From Styela clava (taxonomy: Eukaryota): a stretch of DNA of 64,000 nt. The notes under the pieces were generated by a model that saw only the letters and a list, made by a program, of their open reading frames with translations, ran no database searches and was not told where the DNA came from. The stretch spans positions 11,346,001 to 11,410,000 of the forward strand of contig NC_135254.1 of assembly GCF_964204865.1 (NCBI RefSeq), read 5' to 3'. Each line of letters starts with the position of its first letter. Position 1 is the first letter of the stretch. The translations under genes and the position numbers were made by a program. Positions 25,176 through 36,790 of this stretch are shown here, piece by piece.

Positions 25176-26291
25176 ATGGCTGCCACTAATCAACCATATG
25201 CAGTTGATTTTTCATGGAAAGGATGTCAAGAATTTCCAGATTTTACCGTCACATGTCCGAGATGTTCTTCGGTTGAATCAGACTCACAAAAAAATGAGAA
25301 AAGCAAAACCTCATTTTGTAGATGGAATTCTTCGTCTATTACCTCTGTCACATCATTGGATATTTCACATAATTTGATACATAGGATTGACCCTTCTCGA
25401 TTTATGGGACTCGCAAATCTTAAAGAGTTGAATTTGAGTAGTAATAGATTGAGACAGCTTCCAGAGGAAATATGCTTTCTGACAAACCTGAGTGAGTTGT
25501 ATGCGACGAATAATGCTTTGGGTACTCTGCCGAAGAATGTGAAATATCTTAAAAAATTGGTGCATTTGAATTTAAGTGGTAACGCATTTAATGACATCCC
25601 TCCATCGAGTCTTGAAATATATTCTCTCAAAATTTTGCAACTTGGCGGAAACAACATTAAAGAAGTTCCTGCATCTATTACTAACTTACAAAGTCTAGAA
25701 GTTCTGTACTTGGGAGGAAACCATATTCAAAATATTCCTGCTGAAGTGGGTGAAATGAAAAGTCTTTCGAGTTTGACGTTGTGTGATAATAAATTATCTT
25801 CGATACCTACAGAACTTGTGAAATTACGAAATCTTCAGTCGTTGAGTTTGCACAACAATCGTCTCACTTATCTTCCACGTGAAATATTACAACTCGTTAA
25901 TCTTGTGGAATTGAGTCTTCGTGGAAACCCGATGGTTATGAGATTCGTACAAGAGTTATCATGTGATCCTCCTTCGCTCGTAGAACTCGCTAGTAGAACA
26001 ATTAAAGCCTTCAAGCTTGATTATATTGATTTGCCAAAAACACTTGTGAACCACCTTAATTCTGCCAAAAAATGTCCGAATCCTCAATGTTCCGGAGTTT
26101 ATTTTAATCAAAAATATCACCAGATTAAATTTGTGGATTTTTGTGGAAAATATCGTCTCCCTCTCATGCAATATCTCTGTTCACCCGAATGCATCTCGTA
26201 TTCATCATGTTCTTCAACAGCTAGTTCAGAAACAGAAAGTGAAGAAGAATTAGAGAACGGGGAAAGAATGAGAAGAGTCCTGCTTGGATGA
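25176..26291 (+). CDS. LRRC58: Leucine-rich repeat protein 58, intronless CDS, 371 aa
   Basis: ~9 LRRs, then PPSLVELASRTIK (BC-box-like), CPNPQCSGVYF, IKFVDFCGKYRLPLMQYLCSP and C-terminal MRRVLLG, all typical of LRRC58. Confidence 0.95.
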   Translation: MAATNQPYAVDFSWKGCQEFPDFTVTCPRCSSVESDSQKNEKSKTSFCRWNSSSITSVTSLDISHNLIHRIDPSRFMGLANLKELNLSSNRLRQLPEEICFLTNLSELYATNNALGTLPKNVKYLKKLVHLNLSGNAFNDIPPSSLEIYSLKILQLGGNNIKEVPASITNLQSLEVLYLGGNHIQNIPAEVGEMKSLSSLTLCDNKLSSIPTELVKLRNLQSLSLHNNRLTYLPREILQLVNLVELSLRGNPMVMRFVQELSCDPPSLVELASRTIKAFKLDYIDLPKTLVNHLNSAKKCPNPQCSGVYFNQKYHQIKFVDFCGKYRLPLMQYLCSPECISYSSCSSTASSETESEEELENGERMRRVLLG

Positions 26292-27264
26292 ACTTTATCT
26301 TGTTCTTCTCGAAATATAAAAACTGTGTGGAAATCAAAATGTACTCTGCTCATTCATTACATTGTCTGCATCAAGTATTATTAGGTCGTTGCTTTCTTAG
26401 TGAATTTGGTTTCAACTGAAAATTAAATTTAGAATCACATTTTGGGCTCAATTTTACTTGAATCCATACAATTAAAATTTTTTATTTAGGAAAATATTTG
26501 ATAAACTTATGAGTGTATTTTTATGTCATTATTGATTGTATATTTTGCTTTAAATGCTTCATCATGTAACTTTTATTCGTTTGTTGCTTATTTCTGGACA
26601 AATGCTCCTTTGTATAACTACCTAATTATTCATTAGAAATCTATTGTTCAATCCTTAGGAGGTTCGTTAAGTTCATTATACAGTGTTCTATTAGTACACA
26701 AAATTGAATCGAATCACTACCTCTTCTTATTACTAGTATGTAGGAATATTTGGAATGAAAATGGTGAATTGGTATTTCATGTGGAAGGTTATTCCAGGTG
26801 TCAGAAAAGTTTGAGAGATATGTGTCACTGTTAATATTTAATAAAAAATAATACCTCTTGATGCTAACTATTTTTGACTGTTTCAGACCCTAAGAGAGTG
26901 CCAAAAAATTTTAAAAATAATTCTTTTCACTATGATTAAGGTGTGTAGTTAATGTTGGAATCTATTTTTTTTTAATATGGGTCTTTGCAGTTTGTACTAG
27001 CATTGTCATACGCTATTTGCATGAAACAATTAAGTTAGTCAGTACTTCAACTTAATTCATAATTTGGTGCAATGAAGCGAATCCTATTAAATTGATCGCA
27101 ATATATTGAACTGTCTAAATGTAAATGAAATTCTACATTACGTTAAAGTATTGTTTGTTTCTGGCTTGCATTTATTAATTTATTTAATTCTATTGTGAAC
27201 TAATATGTGTTTGTTTTTGAATCTGTATTAGATTTCTTTAGTTTAGCATCTCATTAATGTCAAT

Positions 27265-30200
27265 ATGATTTACAAGTTTTTGTTTGTTGCTGCATTTGTG
27301 GCATTGGCATCTGCATCATCATGTGATCTACCTTCAAGATTCTGGTGCGACTCTAAAAAGATTGCAAGCGAATGTGGCGTAAGTTTTTATGTTGAAATAT
27401 TCGATTGTACAATTATAACAAAGAAAATTCAACGACTTTACTCAGCCTGTATATATATAACATCTGTAGATTCAATAAAAGTAAGTCACTGAAAATTACA
27501 TTCTTTTAAAACTAAGAAATAATGATTAATTCAAATGGTTGGCGAAGAGTTTGTACCTGCTGCTATGTGTAGTTTGTTAAAAATTGACTGCGACAACTTG
27601 ATAATTTTGTTTTTCTAGGTTGAATTGCAATGTGCAGAGCGACACTGGATCGAGGATAATGACGCCCAACCTGTCATGCTTGATTTGTACTTTGAATCTC
27701 TTTGTCCAGGTAAAAACGTGACTCATGACAATCTACCATTGAGAGCCATAGTTTGTATAATACTGACACACTGGAGTTGTAGCCAAAGCCATTGTGATTT
27801 CAAACCAGCTCCCTAGCCCTGCTTTTTAATATTTAGGTACGATTTGATTATCATATTGTTCATCACACATATAGAAAAGATAGACATGAAGAAATTCTGT
27901 GTTGTATATTTATGCAAAACGGACTTTGTTAAATTGAAATAACTGAATAATTTATTTTATATTGTTGCAAAACAATGTTACTACATACTAGGTTGCCGTC
28001 AGTTCATCACAAAAATGCTGTACCCTACTTGGAAACAATTTCTTGATACAAAGATACTTAAAATACAACTGTACTCTTACGGAAACGCGAAAGTAAGTCC
28101 TATTTTCAAATGCTTTCAGATTGTAAAAGGTTTATGGTGAATATGCTTTACCCAACTTGGAAAAAATTTTCTGGAACGAATATTATGAAACTTACATCCT
28201 ATCCTTTCGGCAATGCCGATGTGAGTAGAGCATGTTGTATGACGATGTAATCCTCAAAACTTTATTCAATGATCTATTATTGTGATAGGTTAGTTTCAGA
28301 CTGCATGGCTATTTTTGTTGTATTTATGTTGTTTAAATGATCTTGTCCAGTAATTTCTCTCTAATATCTGTAATTTTGTTGTTTTTTCCTCTGGTTGTTG
28401 GTTCCTCTGGCTCTTATTTTGTTTTCCTTGCTTCTGTCCAGTCTCTCACCGATGATCAGTTTTATCTTCCATCATTCTCACTAGAAATTAATGATTGTAC
28501 AAGTAACAAACATCTCAGTGTGCTTATAGTTTAGATTGGAATGTGTTACTCTGATGTTTTTTATTAATCGAATGTTTTTCAAAATTGCGTGTATACTCGT
28601 GATTGTGTGAGATAATCATTAACATCTGTTGTTTAAAATAATTTTTAGCAAATATCCAGCAAAAACAACTTGCAAAGTATACATTACACATTGTAAATCA
28701 AATATAAAAATTTGAATTATAGTCAAATTTGATTTTTGGAATAATTGTCCGTTACTCTTGTTTTATTGTTATACATAAGTTTTGGTATCATTATTTCATA
28801 GTTAAACAATCAATGCGAGCGAGAAAATTTGCTCAAGCAAAGCAATCGCGCAAAAGTAAGACTGGAGACTGAACTACATTTTTGAGTATTCAAATGCACA
28901 CATATTAATGTTGCACACTGCCATATTGTAGCATGAATTAACCATAATTTTCATTTAATAGCCTATTTATTACAATAGTTCAATTAAATTTGTAATCCGT
29001 TAGGTTTAATATGGACTTCTATACCCATTTTATAAAAATGCAATTTCTTATTTTAGGAAATGAAAAATGCATCAACAGGTATGTGGGACTTCACTTGTCA
29101 ACATGGACCTCAAGAATGTGTTGGAAATTTAATCGAGGTTTGTAATTCAATTAAAATCACATTTAGACCATGATGCATTTAATAAAGTTAGTGTTATAAT
29201 CTGTAAAAAAATAGCATATTAAATTGCAAACAAATTGCGTAGTATAAAAGAGTGTTGTTTGTATTTTGTCACAAAACTTGCAGTCACATGATTTATCTGC
29301 AATACCAATATCTAAACAGTTTGCACAGACGCTGCATTTTAACATATCTATTTAAACAGTTTGCCAATTTTATCACTCATTTTGAGTTTCTGATTACCGT
29401 CTTCTACAAAACATAAGGTTATAACCAGTGGTGGGATTCAAATTTTTTGTCAGCCGAATTTTTCACAAACAGAACATCGACGGTAACCAGTAACGTTAAC
29501 CGGTTCGCTGATCTCATAAAATTCTGTGAAGTGGTTCTATAGAACCGGTGCGAACCGGCTGAATCCCACCACTGGTTTTTTTACAATATTGACATTAATG
29601 TTATTAGTGTATTGTAAAGATATTTTGTTTTTCACTCTTATTTTACCATATTTTATGAGAAATACCTTTTGATGTTATATAATTTTGGTAATATCATTGA
29701 ATTTTGTGATATATTTTTCAGAACTGCATTCAGAAATACACCATGAATGATCCTATGAAATATTTCCCGATATTTTACTGCATGGAATCGGCTCAGGATC
29801 CAGTTGAGGCTGCTAAAATGGTAAGAAAAAATCATTAAGATTTTTTTCCGCTAAGCAGTTCTCTCTTTAAAATTATGTAGTGTTGTTATTTGCACACTCA
29901 TAGAGTGGTTACAACTCACTGCCAAGCCCATCGTATTAGATGGAGTCAGAGATGGATTTCAAACCAGTTCTCCTGCCCTGTTCAGCCTCTCTGTGAAGAC
30001 TTATCTTTTACGCCTTGGTCCGATTATTCATAGATCTCGTAGATAACAAAACAGTTGTATATATATACTGATTTTTATTTCTATCCACTGTCCTGATGAA
30101 ATTTGTCTGTATAAACATTTGAAACATTGGCAAAATCATATTGTTTGCTCCTTACTGTTTGTGCACGCATTACTATTTTCTAATCCTTTAAGATGGATGA

Positions 30201-31481
30201 GGTCACATCTTTATAGAAAAATAAACAAATTACACTCTTTATCTTCGATATATATATTTCGAATGCCGTCACCTTTACAGTTATTAAAAGTAATTCTATG
30301 CATTCAATTTAGTGTGTAACCAAAGGTGGTTTGAAATGGTCTGATGTTGACACCTGTGCTAAGGGACCAGATGGGAATGCACTCATGCATAACAGTGCTA
30401 TGGCAACTGATAAACTGAATCCTCGTCACACATATGTTCCTTGGGTTACTATCAATGGGGTGAGTGAATTATTTTTTTATCATATATTTTAGATATTATC
30501 TGAAAATAGGATTTGAACATTTTATACTGGGGAGAGGAGAGGGATAAGACAGCTTAATCATATGACAAACCACGACTTCTCGTTCGGTTACCAGTCAATG
30601 TCGTATATTGGATTAGTTAGCAAGTTATTTTTTTCAGGGCATTGGACATGGACAGAAGGTGGAGTAAGCTGTAACCAACCAGAACTGCTCCACCCTACAA
30701 TGGTAGGGAGTAATCCACTCTCACATAAATATCCTCCACAGGATTCAAATCTGCGAGCCCACGCAGGGTGAGCGTACTCCTAATGCTTAGCACAATGCGC
30801 CACACAGCAGAGCCAAAGTTTGACACTCAGATGGAAGCTGGAGAGCCCAACAGAAACAGGGCTCCAGAGCTGGAGCTGTTTTGTTCTCAAACCAGCTCTT
30901 GATGCGTAAGACAAGTAGTGCCTGGCAATGTCATTAGCAAATAGTGGCTCCATTGCTGGAGCATCTCTCCTATCTGTTGCATTAATATATTGCTACAATG
31001 CACAAAATGTGTAGCTAGGATATTGACTCTAATATCTCTCATCCATACAAGTTAAACATTTGCAGAATTCACAATTCATGAAAGATACCTAATTCATGGG
31101 GTTGAATTGAAAAAGTATTTTTTTTCAGCAACATACTGAATCAATGCAAGAGGAGGCTCAGGAAAATCTCCCAAAGCTTCTGTGTGACACCTACAAGGTT
31201 AACAGATTTTTTCAATATTATTGTTGCTTGTGTTTTATATTCATGAAATGAATGTTTGAATTTTTTGTCAAATTTGCTAGAACTTGTTCACCACAGAGGG
31301 TGTCGGTCAGTCATCTGTTGGGCATTCTCTTATTTGTTTATCATATTTTACGACATAATCTTGGGAGGATACAATATATATTGTTATACATTTCACTTGC
31401 ACATTTCAGGGAATGAAGCCCAAGCAGTGCGCGGAGTACATGGAGCCACAACCACTGCTCGTGACTTACAGGGATGATTAA
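27265..31481 (+). CDS. IFI30: Gamma-interferon-inducible lysosomal thiol reductase (GILT) with signal peptide and SapA-like N-terminus; two alternative exon 3 copies
   Basis: Exons 27265-27378, 27619-27709, [27992-28092 or 28120-28220], 29057-29137, 29722-29820, 30313-30459, 31129-31197, 31410-31481. Motifs LYFESLCP(G/D)C, FTCQHGPQECVGNLIENC, HTYVPWVTING. Confidence 0.95.
29426..29574. mobile_element. hAT-like MITE in a GILT intron
   Basis: Perfect TIR CAGTGGTGGGATTCA / TGAATCCCACCACTG. Confidence 0.85.
30507..30814 (-). mobile_element. Near full-length tRNA-derived SINE
   Basis: Minus-strand head ggctctgctgtgtggcgcattgtgctaagc (A-box-like) ... atttgaatcc (degenerate B-box), shared body, atcct-type tail; 8 other fragments in the window. 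Confidence 0.75.
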
Positions 31482-32559
31482 AATTCATGTTTTCATATTG
31501 CTATGAATCATTCCTAATAATTCATTCTTCCACTTTTGATTATATTTTGATTTGCATTTTCCTGCCCTTGACATTATATTGGACAATCCCCTTTTCATGA
31601 AGCATTATTAATGGCTTGGTCTATCAATATTTTCCAGCAGTAGCAAAGTTTCAAAAACCCTGAACATTAGTTCATTCTAGTAAATTTCAGTCTTTATTAT
31701 TATAGCCTATTCAAGCTATGCATGAGCTATTCACCATCTGTATAATTTTGCCTATAGTTTGTAGCTCAATAATTCCTGTAAGTTCCTTGATGTTTTCGTT
31801 TTGTATTTGCTGATCTTTGTTCCTTTGTGCAATACTTCAGTGTTACTTTACAGTTGTCTACTGTTATTTCTCTTTTGCTCACATGTTATGCAGTCTGGAA
31901 TATCCATGTCTATCAATCGAGCTTGTAGAAATATGCCAATGTGCAGCCAGTCTAAGTGAGCAGTGTCAAATTGATTATTTTTTGTGATTTTCATTACTTG
32001 ATTCTGAATATCATTGAAACGAATAAAAATGCATAATAAAGAAAATGTTCTCTGATTCAGGAAAGGGTGTAATGTTACTAGAAGCGGCAATGCGGCATTA
32101 AAAAAATTCTGCCAAGAGGCATTAGCGTGAACCTACAGTAATGATAATATTTGGTCTCTCACATGCTTATTGAGCATGCAACAGATTATTGAGAGGCTAT
32201 ACCCGATAAAGCTCCTCTCCTGATGGGATTTTACATCTCATGCATGATGCATTTAATAATATTCATTAGTTGCATCCAGGTCACAAGACATAAAAAAAAA
32301 TAGTATAAATATGCTCCATATACATTATACACTTACCATTGGCACTCTGAGTAGGACGTCGCCAAACATTGATTACTGCATTCAGTTGTTCCACTCTAGT
32401 CCCAAACCTTCATTAACATACCAATCAATGGTGTGAAACGCTCAAATCTAGAACTAAATCTGGCTTAACTTTCTCCACCGAAGACTACGGCTAACTAAAT
32501 GATCTAAATAGTTACCGGTAGTCTGTTATATCCAGCATCGCAGGGCAGTTTGTATGATT

Positions 32560-32677
32560 GGCTCGGCGGTATGCCGCATCGTGCTGTGCATTAGGAAAAC
32601 ACTCGTCAATGCACCTCAGATCACCATGTGTGGGGAGTTAATTATGAACGAGATGATCGCTGGACTTCTCGCCGTTG
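32560..32677 (+). mobile_element. SINE 5' fragment
   Basis: ggctcggcggtatgccgcatcgtgctgtgcattagg... matches the SINE head. Confidence 0.6.
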
Positions 32678-33337
32678 TATGTGTGATTTATGCAACTGCT
32701 GGTCTGTTACAGCCACACATCTGAAACAAACAGCTGTTCGCCATATGATTAGCAGTTCTTATGATAAAATCTTTCCAATTTTGATTTGAAATCCTCTTTT
32801 CAGTCGATAAATATGACATTGGCCATATGGTCAGTAATACAATCAATTTGATTTCTTGCTGAACATGCTTGTCTGACGAAGTGTGACCATGGCTAGACAA
32901 AACATTGCAGAAATACATTCGTGTTAGTGTACAGAAGGCAGCATTATTCTTGCTTCAGGATCCTCTCATTATACGCATACGAATTGACTTGCATAGAGTA
33001 AGATATGGCAGCTAGTCTCACGTAACCCCAACTGGTAGAAAAAACACTGACTCAATAAATCTTTCCTTGATTGGAAGCGAAGATTGATCTTATTTTTATA
33101 CCTTTACTTCACTCTTATTAAGCCTTGTCTGAAAATTGGAAAAATCTGGACATAATTTGCACAACATAGGAATGCTTTTAAAAGAATATATCACACATTA
33201 AAATCTTTTGAATGTTTACATCTACGTAAATAGTTTAAAAAGTTTTGGAGAAGAATATTGATTTGCTACAAGTAAATAAAATGAGCAAAAATAAAATTTA
33301 CAAAGAAAATAATTCAACAGGTTTAGTACGAATATTG

Positions 33338-35022
33338 TCAATAATACCACCTGTCCGACCTTGATTTGTAAGTATATTTAGCGCCACGATTCGGTGGAGA
33401 ATAAGGTTTACTATGATGTCCTTGCCTCTCATAGTTTGGATTTTGCCATCTGTATGGATTAGGCTGATAAATGGGTTGGCCATAGCGATCATGTGGATTA
33501 TGATAATAATTATAACCATGGAATCCTTCTTGACCAGTAGATTGAGAATTAAAGTGTTGTCGACCATAGGGACGCTGCTGGTACTCGTAATCATAAGAGT
33601 TTGCCAGGTGGAGTGGGTCATACCACTGCTGCCTTAACCCTGTTGAACTGTTATCATAAAACCCAGAATCTGTTTGATAATCATCATGATAAAATCTGTC
33701 TCTTGGATGTAAATTATCTCCATAGGAGTTTCCCTGCTGTGAATGTTTATTTTCTGATGACCGAGATGTCTCATTCTTCTGTGCTACATCGCTGGACGTG
33801 CCAAGCAGATCATCCAAGTATACTTGTCTTTCTATCTTGTAACCCCTTGCTTTTTCAAAAGCTTCGATTGCATCTTCTGGCTTGAAATTTTTTCTGTTTA
33901 CCAAATGTCTGTAATAAAGATATTTCAACAATGTTATAGACTGGGAACATAAATAAAGGATTGCTGGATAGGAGTAGTCATTAGACCCTAGATCTTAGAG
34001 ATATGGATTTTATTCTTCATTTCTGAACAATCAAAATATAACCTTAACTTCCTGAATTTTGCTCGGCCACATGGCGATCATGCTTAGCGTTGAGAATACA
34101 CTCACCACTGCACGTAGGTTTGAACGGGCATAATTATACTGTAGGGTGGCTTGCATAACCGCTGGTTGATTACAGCTTCCTTCACCATCAAGTCAATGCA
34201 TCTGCAACAAATAACTGGTCAACTAATTCGGACATGTAGCCAGACGAGAGGCTGTGGTTCGCCATATGATGAAGTTGTCTAATCTGATTTCATCTCTCCT
34301 GGATAAATATGTAAATTCTATCCTAATATGACATAAATCAAAAAATAAGTTTACCGAAATACAGTATCATTAATCTCAGATATCTGAAACTTGAAAAACT
34401 ATCTAAAAATTATATTTACTTCCTGAATTTGGTACAAATCACCTTCTTAAAAAAGGAGACATTTTTTTGCAAAAATTAGTTTACAAAACTAGAATATAAC
34501 AGCTGTCATCTATGTGAATTTCGAACATATAAGTGAATGCCATGTTAGAATACAGTAATGAAATATATTATTATTGATACTTAAGAAATCTACTTACCTG
34601 CAGATCATATACCCAGTTCTATTCAATCCATGAGTGCAATGAACTGCGATCAACTTGTCATTATCCTGATTTTCATCTTCAAATTTAACAACAACATCAG
34701 AAAATGAGTCCAATACTTCTGATTGCGGTATTACTCTCCCAGGAACAAATATTTTTTTATATTGCACATTTTTTTCTTCAAATTCCTTTGGATCATAATA
34801 CTTTGTAGTAAAGCTCAAGTCTATGACAAGTCCTAAATTATGACCTTTTGATTTCGCCATTTCTAACGCAGTATCACAACCAAACTTTTCGTTCTCACTG
34901 ATGTTTCTTGACAAATGGGGTTTGAGAGGAACTTTCATACAAATGAAACGGGTACCAGGAATTCTTTCCCCCATTGGTGAGTAATCCATCCATCTATCTG
35001 GAGGGCCATTCTTAGGTGCCAT
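33338..35022 (-). CDS. DUSP11: RNA/RNP complex-1-interacting phosphatase (PIR1/DUSP11, RNA 5'-phosphatase), 2 exons
   Basis: Exons 35022-34598 and 33908-33338. PDRWMDYSPMGERIPGTRFICMKVPL, catalytic HCTHGLNRTG, then RHLV...AIEAFEKARG; low-complexity tail and no guanylyltransferase domain. Confidence 0.92.
34060..34325 (+). mobile_element. Diverged tRNA-SINE copy in the DUSP11 intron
   Basis: gctcggccacatggcgatcatgcttagcg...caccatcaagtc.atgc...gacgagaggc.gtggttcgccatatgat...tatcct. Confidence 0.7.
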
Positions 35023-35521
35023 AATAATATTGACTCCAAAGAATTATATTGTTAAAAATCAGAATCAGCTTTTTAGGTATTATAAAATGTACTATTTTAG
35101 CTGTTATAAAACACCAATAAAAATTTAGAAGGCCTATGATATAGTAATTCAGCATTTGATAAAAAAGCAGCGAACCAATGTATATCAATAGAAATAACAA
35201 TAAACATTTGTAATCTTTAGATACTTATGTTATAATTCAGCTACTAAATCACTGATAGACCATTATCGAAGTCCAAGAATATTAACCTGAATTGAGTAAA
35301 TTTATACAGTTTGAAAGATATTATAAGATAACACTCTCTATAATGAAAGTCACACATGTTTTTCAAAACAACTTCATAATAAAGTGCTACTTCCATAACT
35401 AAACCAATAAACAAAACTGAGCATGGCAACAATTCTTTTACAGTTTTACGATGCAGAGATGGTTAAGGCCATGATTGTAATTTCCATATTTCATTGCATT
35501 TTTTTTGTGTTGAAAACATTT

Positions 35522-35908
35522 TCATTTCTTTCCCTCAACCATTATAATATGATATCCAAACTTAGTTTTAACTGGAGGATCGGTGTAGACAGCATTTCCC
35601 AATGAACTGACTTGTAAAGCAAAAGCAGCTTCTTGAAATGGTCCAACCATTGACCCTCTTGTCATCCATCCTAAGTCACCTCCAGAACGTGCTTTATCTT
35701 CACTCATTTGAGCAGCAACTTCATTAAATTTACTTCCCGCTTTCAACTTTTCCATTGCTTCCATTATTTTTGAATGTTTTTCACAAAGGATGTGTCTCAC
35801 TTTTACTGCATTTCCTCCTTTCTTTTCTTTCCCCCCACCGCCTTCTGATTTATCTTTCTCTTTGTTAGCACCTTTGCCCTTCGCAGCTCCTCCGCCCTTT
35901 TTTGGCAT
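35522..35908 (-). CDS. PIN4: Peptidyl-prolyl isomerase parvulin-14, intronless CDS, 128 aa
   Basis: K/G-rich N-terminus, [61 protein letters not shown]. Confidence 0.98.
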   Translation of the reverse strand: MPKKGGGAAKGKGANKEKDKSEGGGGKEKKGGNAVKVRHILCEKHSKIMEAMEKLKAGSKFNEVAAQMSEDKARSGGDLGWMTRGSMVGPFQEAAFALQVSSLGNAVYTDPPVKTKFGYHIIMVEGKK

Positions 35909-36149
35909 TTTACTAATTTCTGAATTTTGTTTTGAAATTGTAACAAAGTCTGGAAGTAGTTACCCTATGTATGTATGTTTATGAATGAATTAAATACAAT
36001 TGGATTGTATACAGTCTCAAGTTCGTAACAATTAAATCAATACCGGTAATACTACATTCATATACCGTGCAGTACATTGATTACAACAATTACAGAAATA
36101 TGGTACAGGTACTGCGGTATGAACGCAGTCAATTCAGCAACTGTAAGAG

Positions 36150-36220
36150 TTCCTCAAATTACGGAATTACCGGAACGGAACGGAAGAATTCTCGCGTAAA
36201 CGTAAGTCTACCGGAACTGA
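36150..36220. promoter_or_regulatory. Candidate, possibly bidirectional, promoter of PIN4-DUSP11
   Basis: CpG-rich cluster of CGGAA ETS-like motifs (ccggaacggaacggaag) and tctcgcg, ~250 bp upstream of the PIN4 ATG. Confidence 0.4.
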
Positions 36221-36356
36221 TTTGTAGTTATCTTGAAAAATGTATTTTATACACTTCTTTCCTATTTGCAGTGAAATTAACGAGCATGTGGGAGGGGGAC
36301 AGTGGCGAAAATAACGTTTTAGTGTTACGCCACCTAGCGAGTGGGAATCCTGCTTA

Positions 36357-36525
36357 ATAGGATAGGATGTACATGTTTATCCCGGGGGAGAGAAAAGCCG
36401 ATAAGACGGCTTAATCATATGGCGAACAACGGCCTCTCGTCCGGTTAACAGTCCAGGTCAGGTATGGGATTAGTTAGCCAGTCATTTGTTTTCGGAAGCA
36501 TGGACTTGATGGTGGAGGAAGCCGT
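36357..36525 (-). mobile_element. SINE 3' half
   Basis: ataggataggat...gccgataagacggcttaatcatatggcg...ggattagttagccag...gcatggacttgatggtgg. Confidence 0.75.
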
Positions 36526-36680
36526 CTCAAACGAGTGTTTGGGACGTAAATCTGTAAATATTTGTATAAGAGTTGTTGAAATATGGCACATTGCAAATTT
36601 ACAAGTAAGAAACACTTTCATTTTTCCATTGCTCTCTTTCTTCGTGAAGATGCAAATAGCCGATAGTCAACTTATCGAAA

Positions 36681-36790
36681 TCGGCGGTGTGGCGCATCGT
36701 GCTAAGCGTTAAGAATACACTCGCCGCCTTATCTCCAATTATCCTGCGTTGGATTACGTGAATTACGTGCACGGAATTCAAATTTCATCA
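36681..36790 (+). mobile_element. SINE 5' head
   Basis: cggcggtgtggcgcatcgtgctaagcgttaagaatacactcgcc. Confidence 0.65.

Noticed and set aside
25226-25657. 143-aa minus-strand ORF
   Set aside because: Antisense shadow of LRRC58
27310-27640. SapA-like domain fused to GILT as a novelty
   Set aside because: As I recall, this architecture is already known in invertebrate GILT-like proteins
30735-30814. tRNA-like A/B boxes
   Set aside because: No complete cloverleaf; this is the head of a multi-copy SINE
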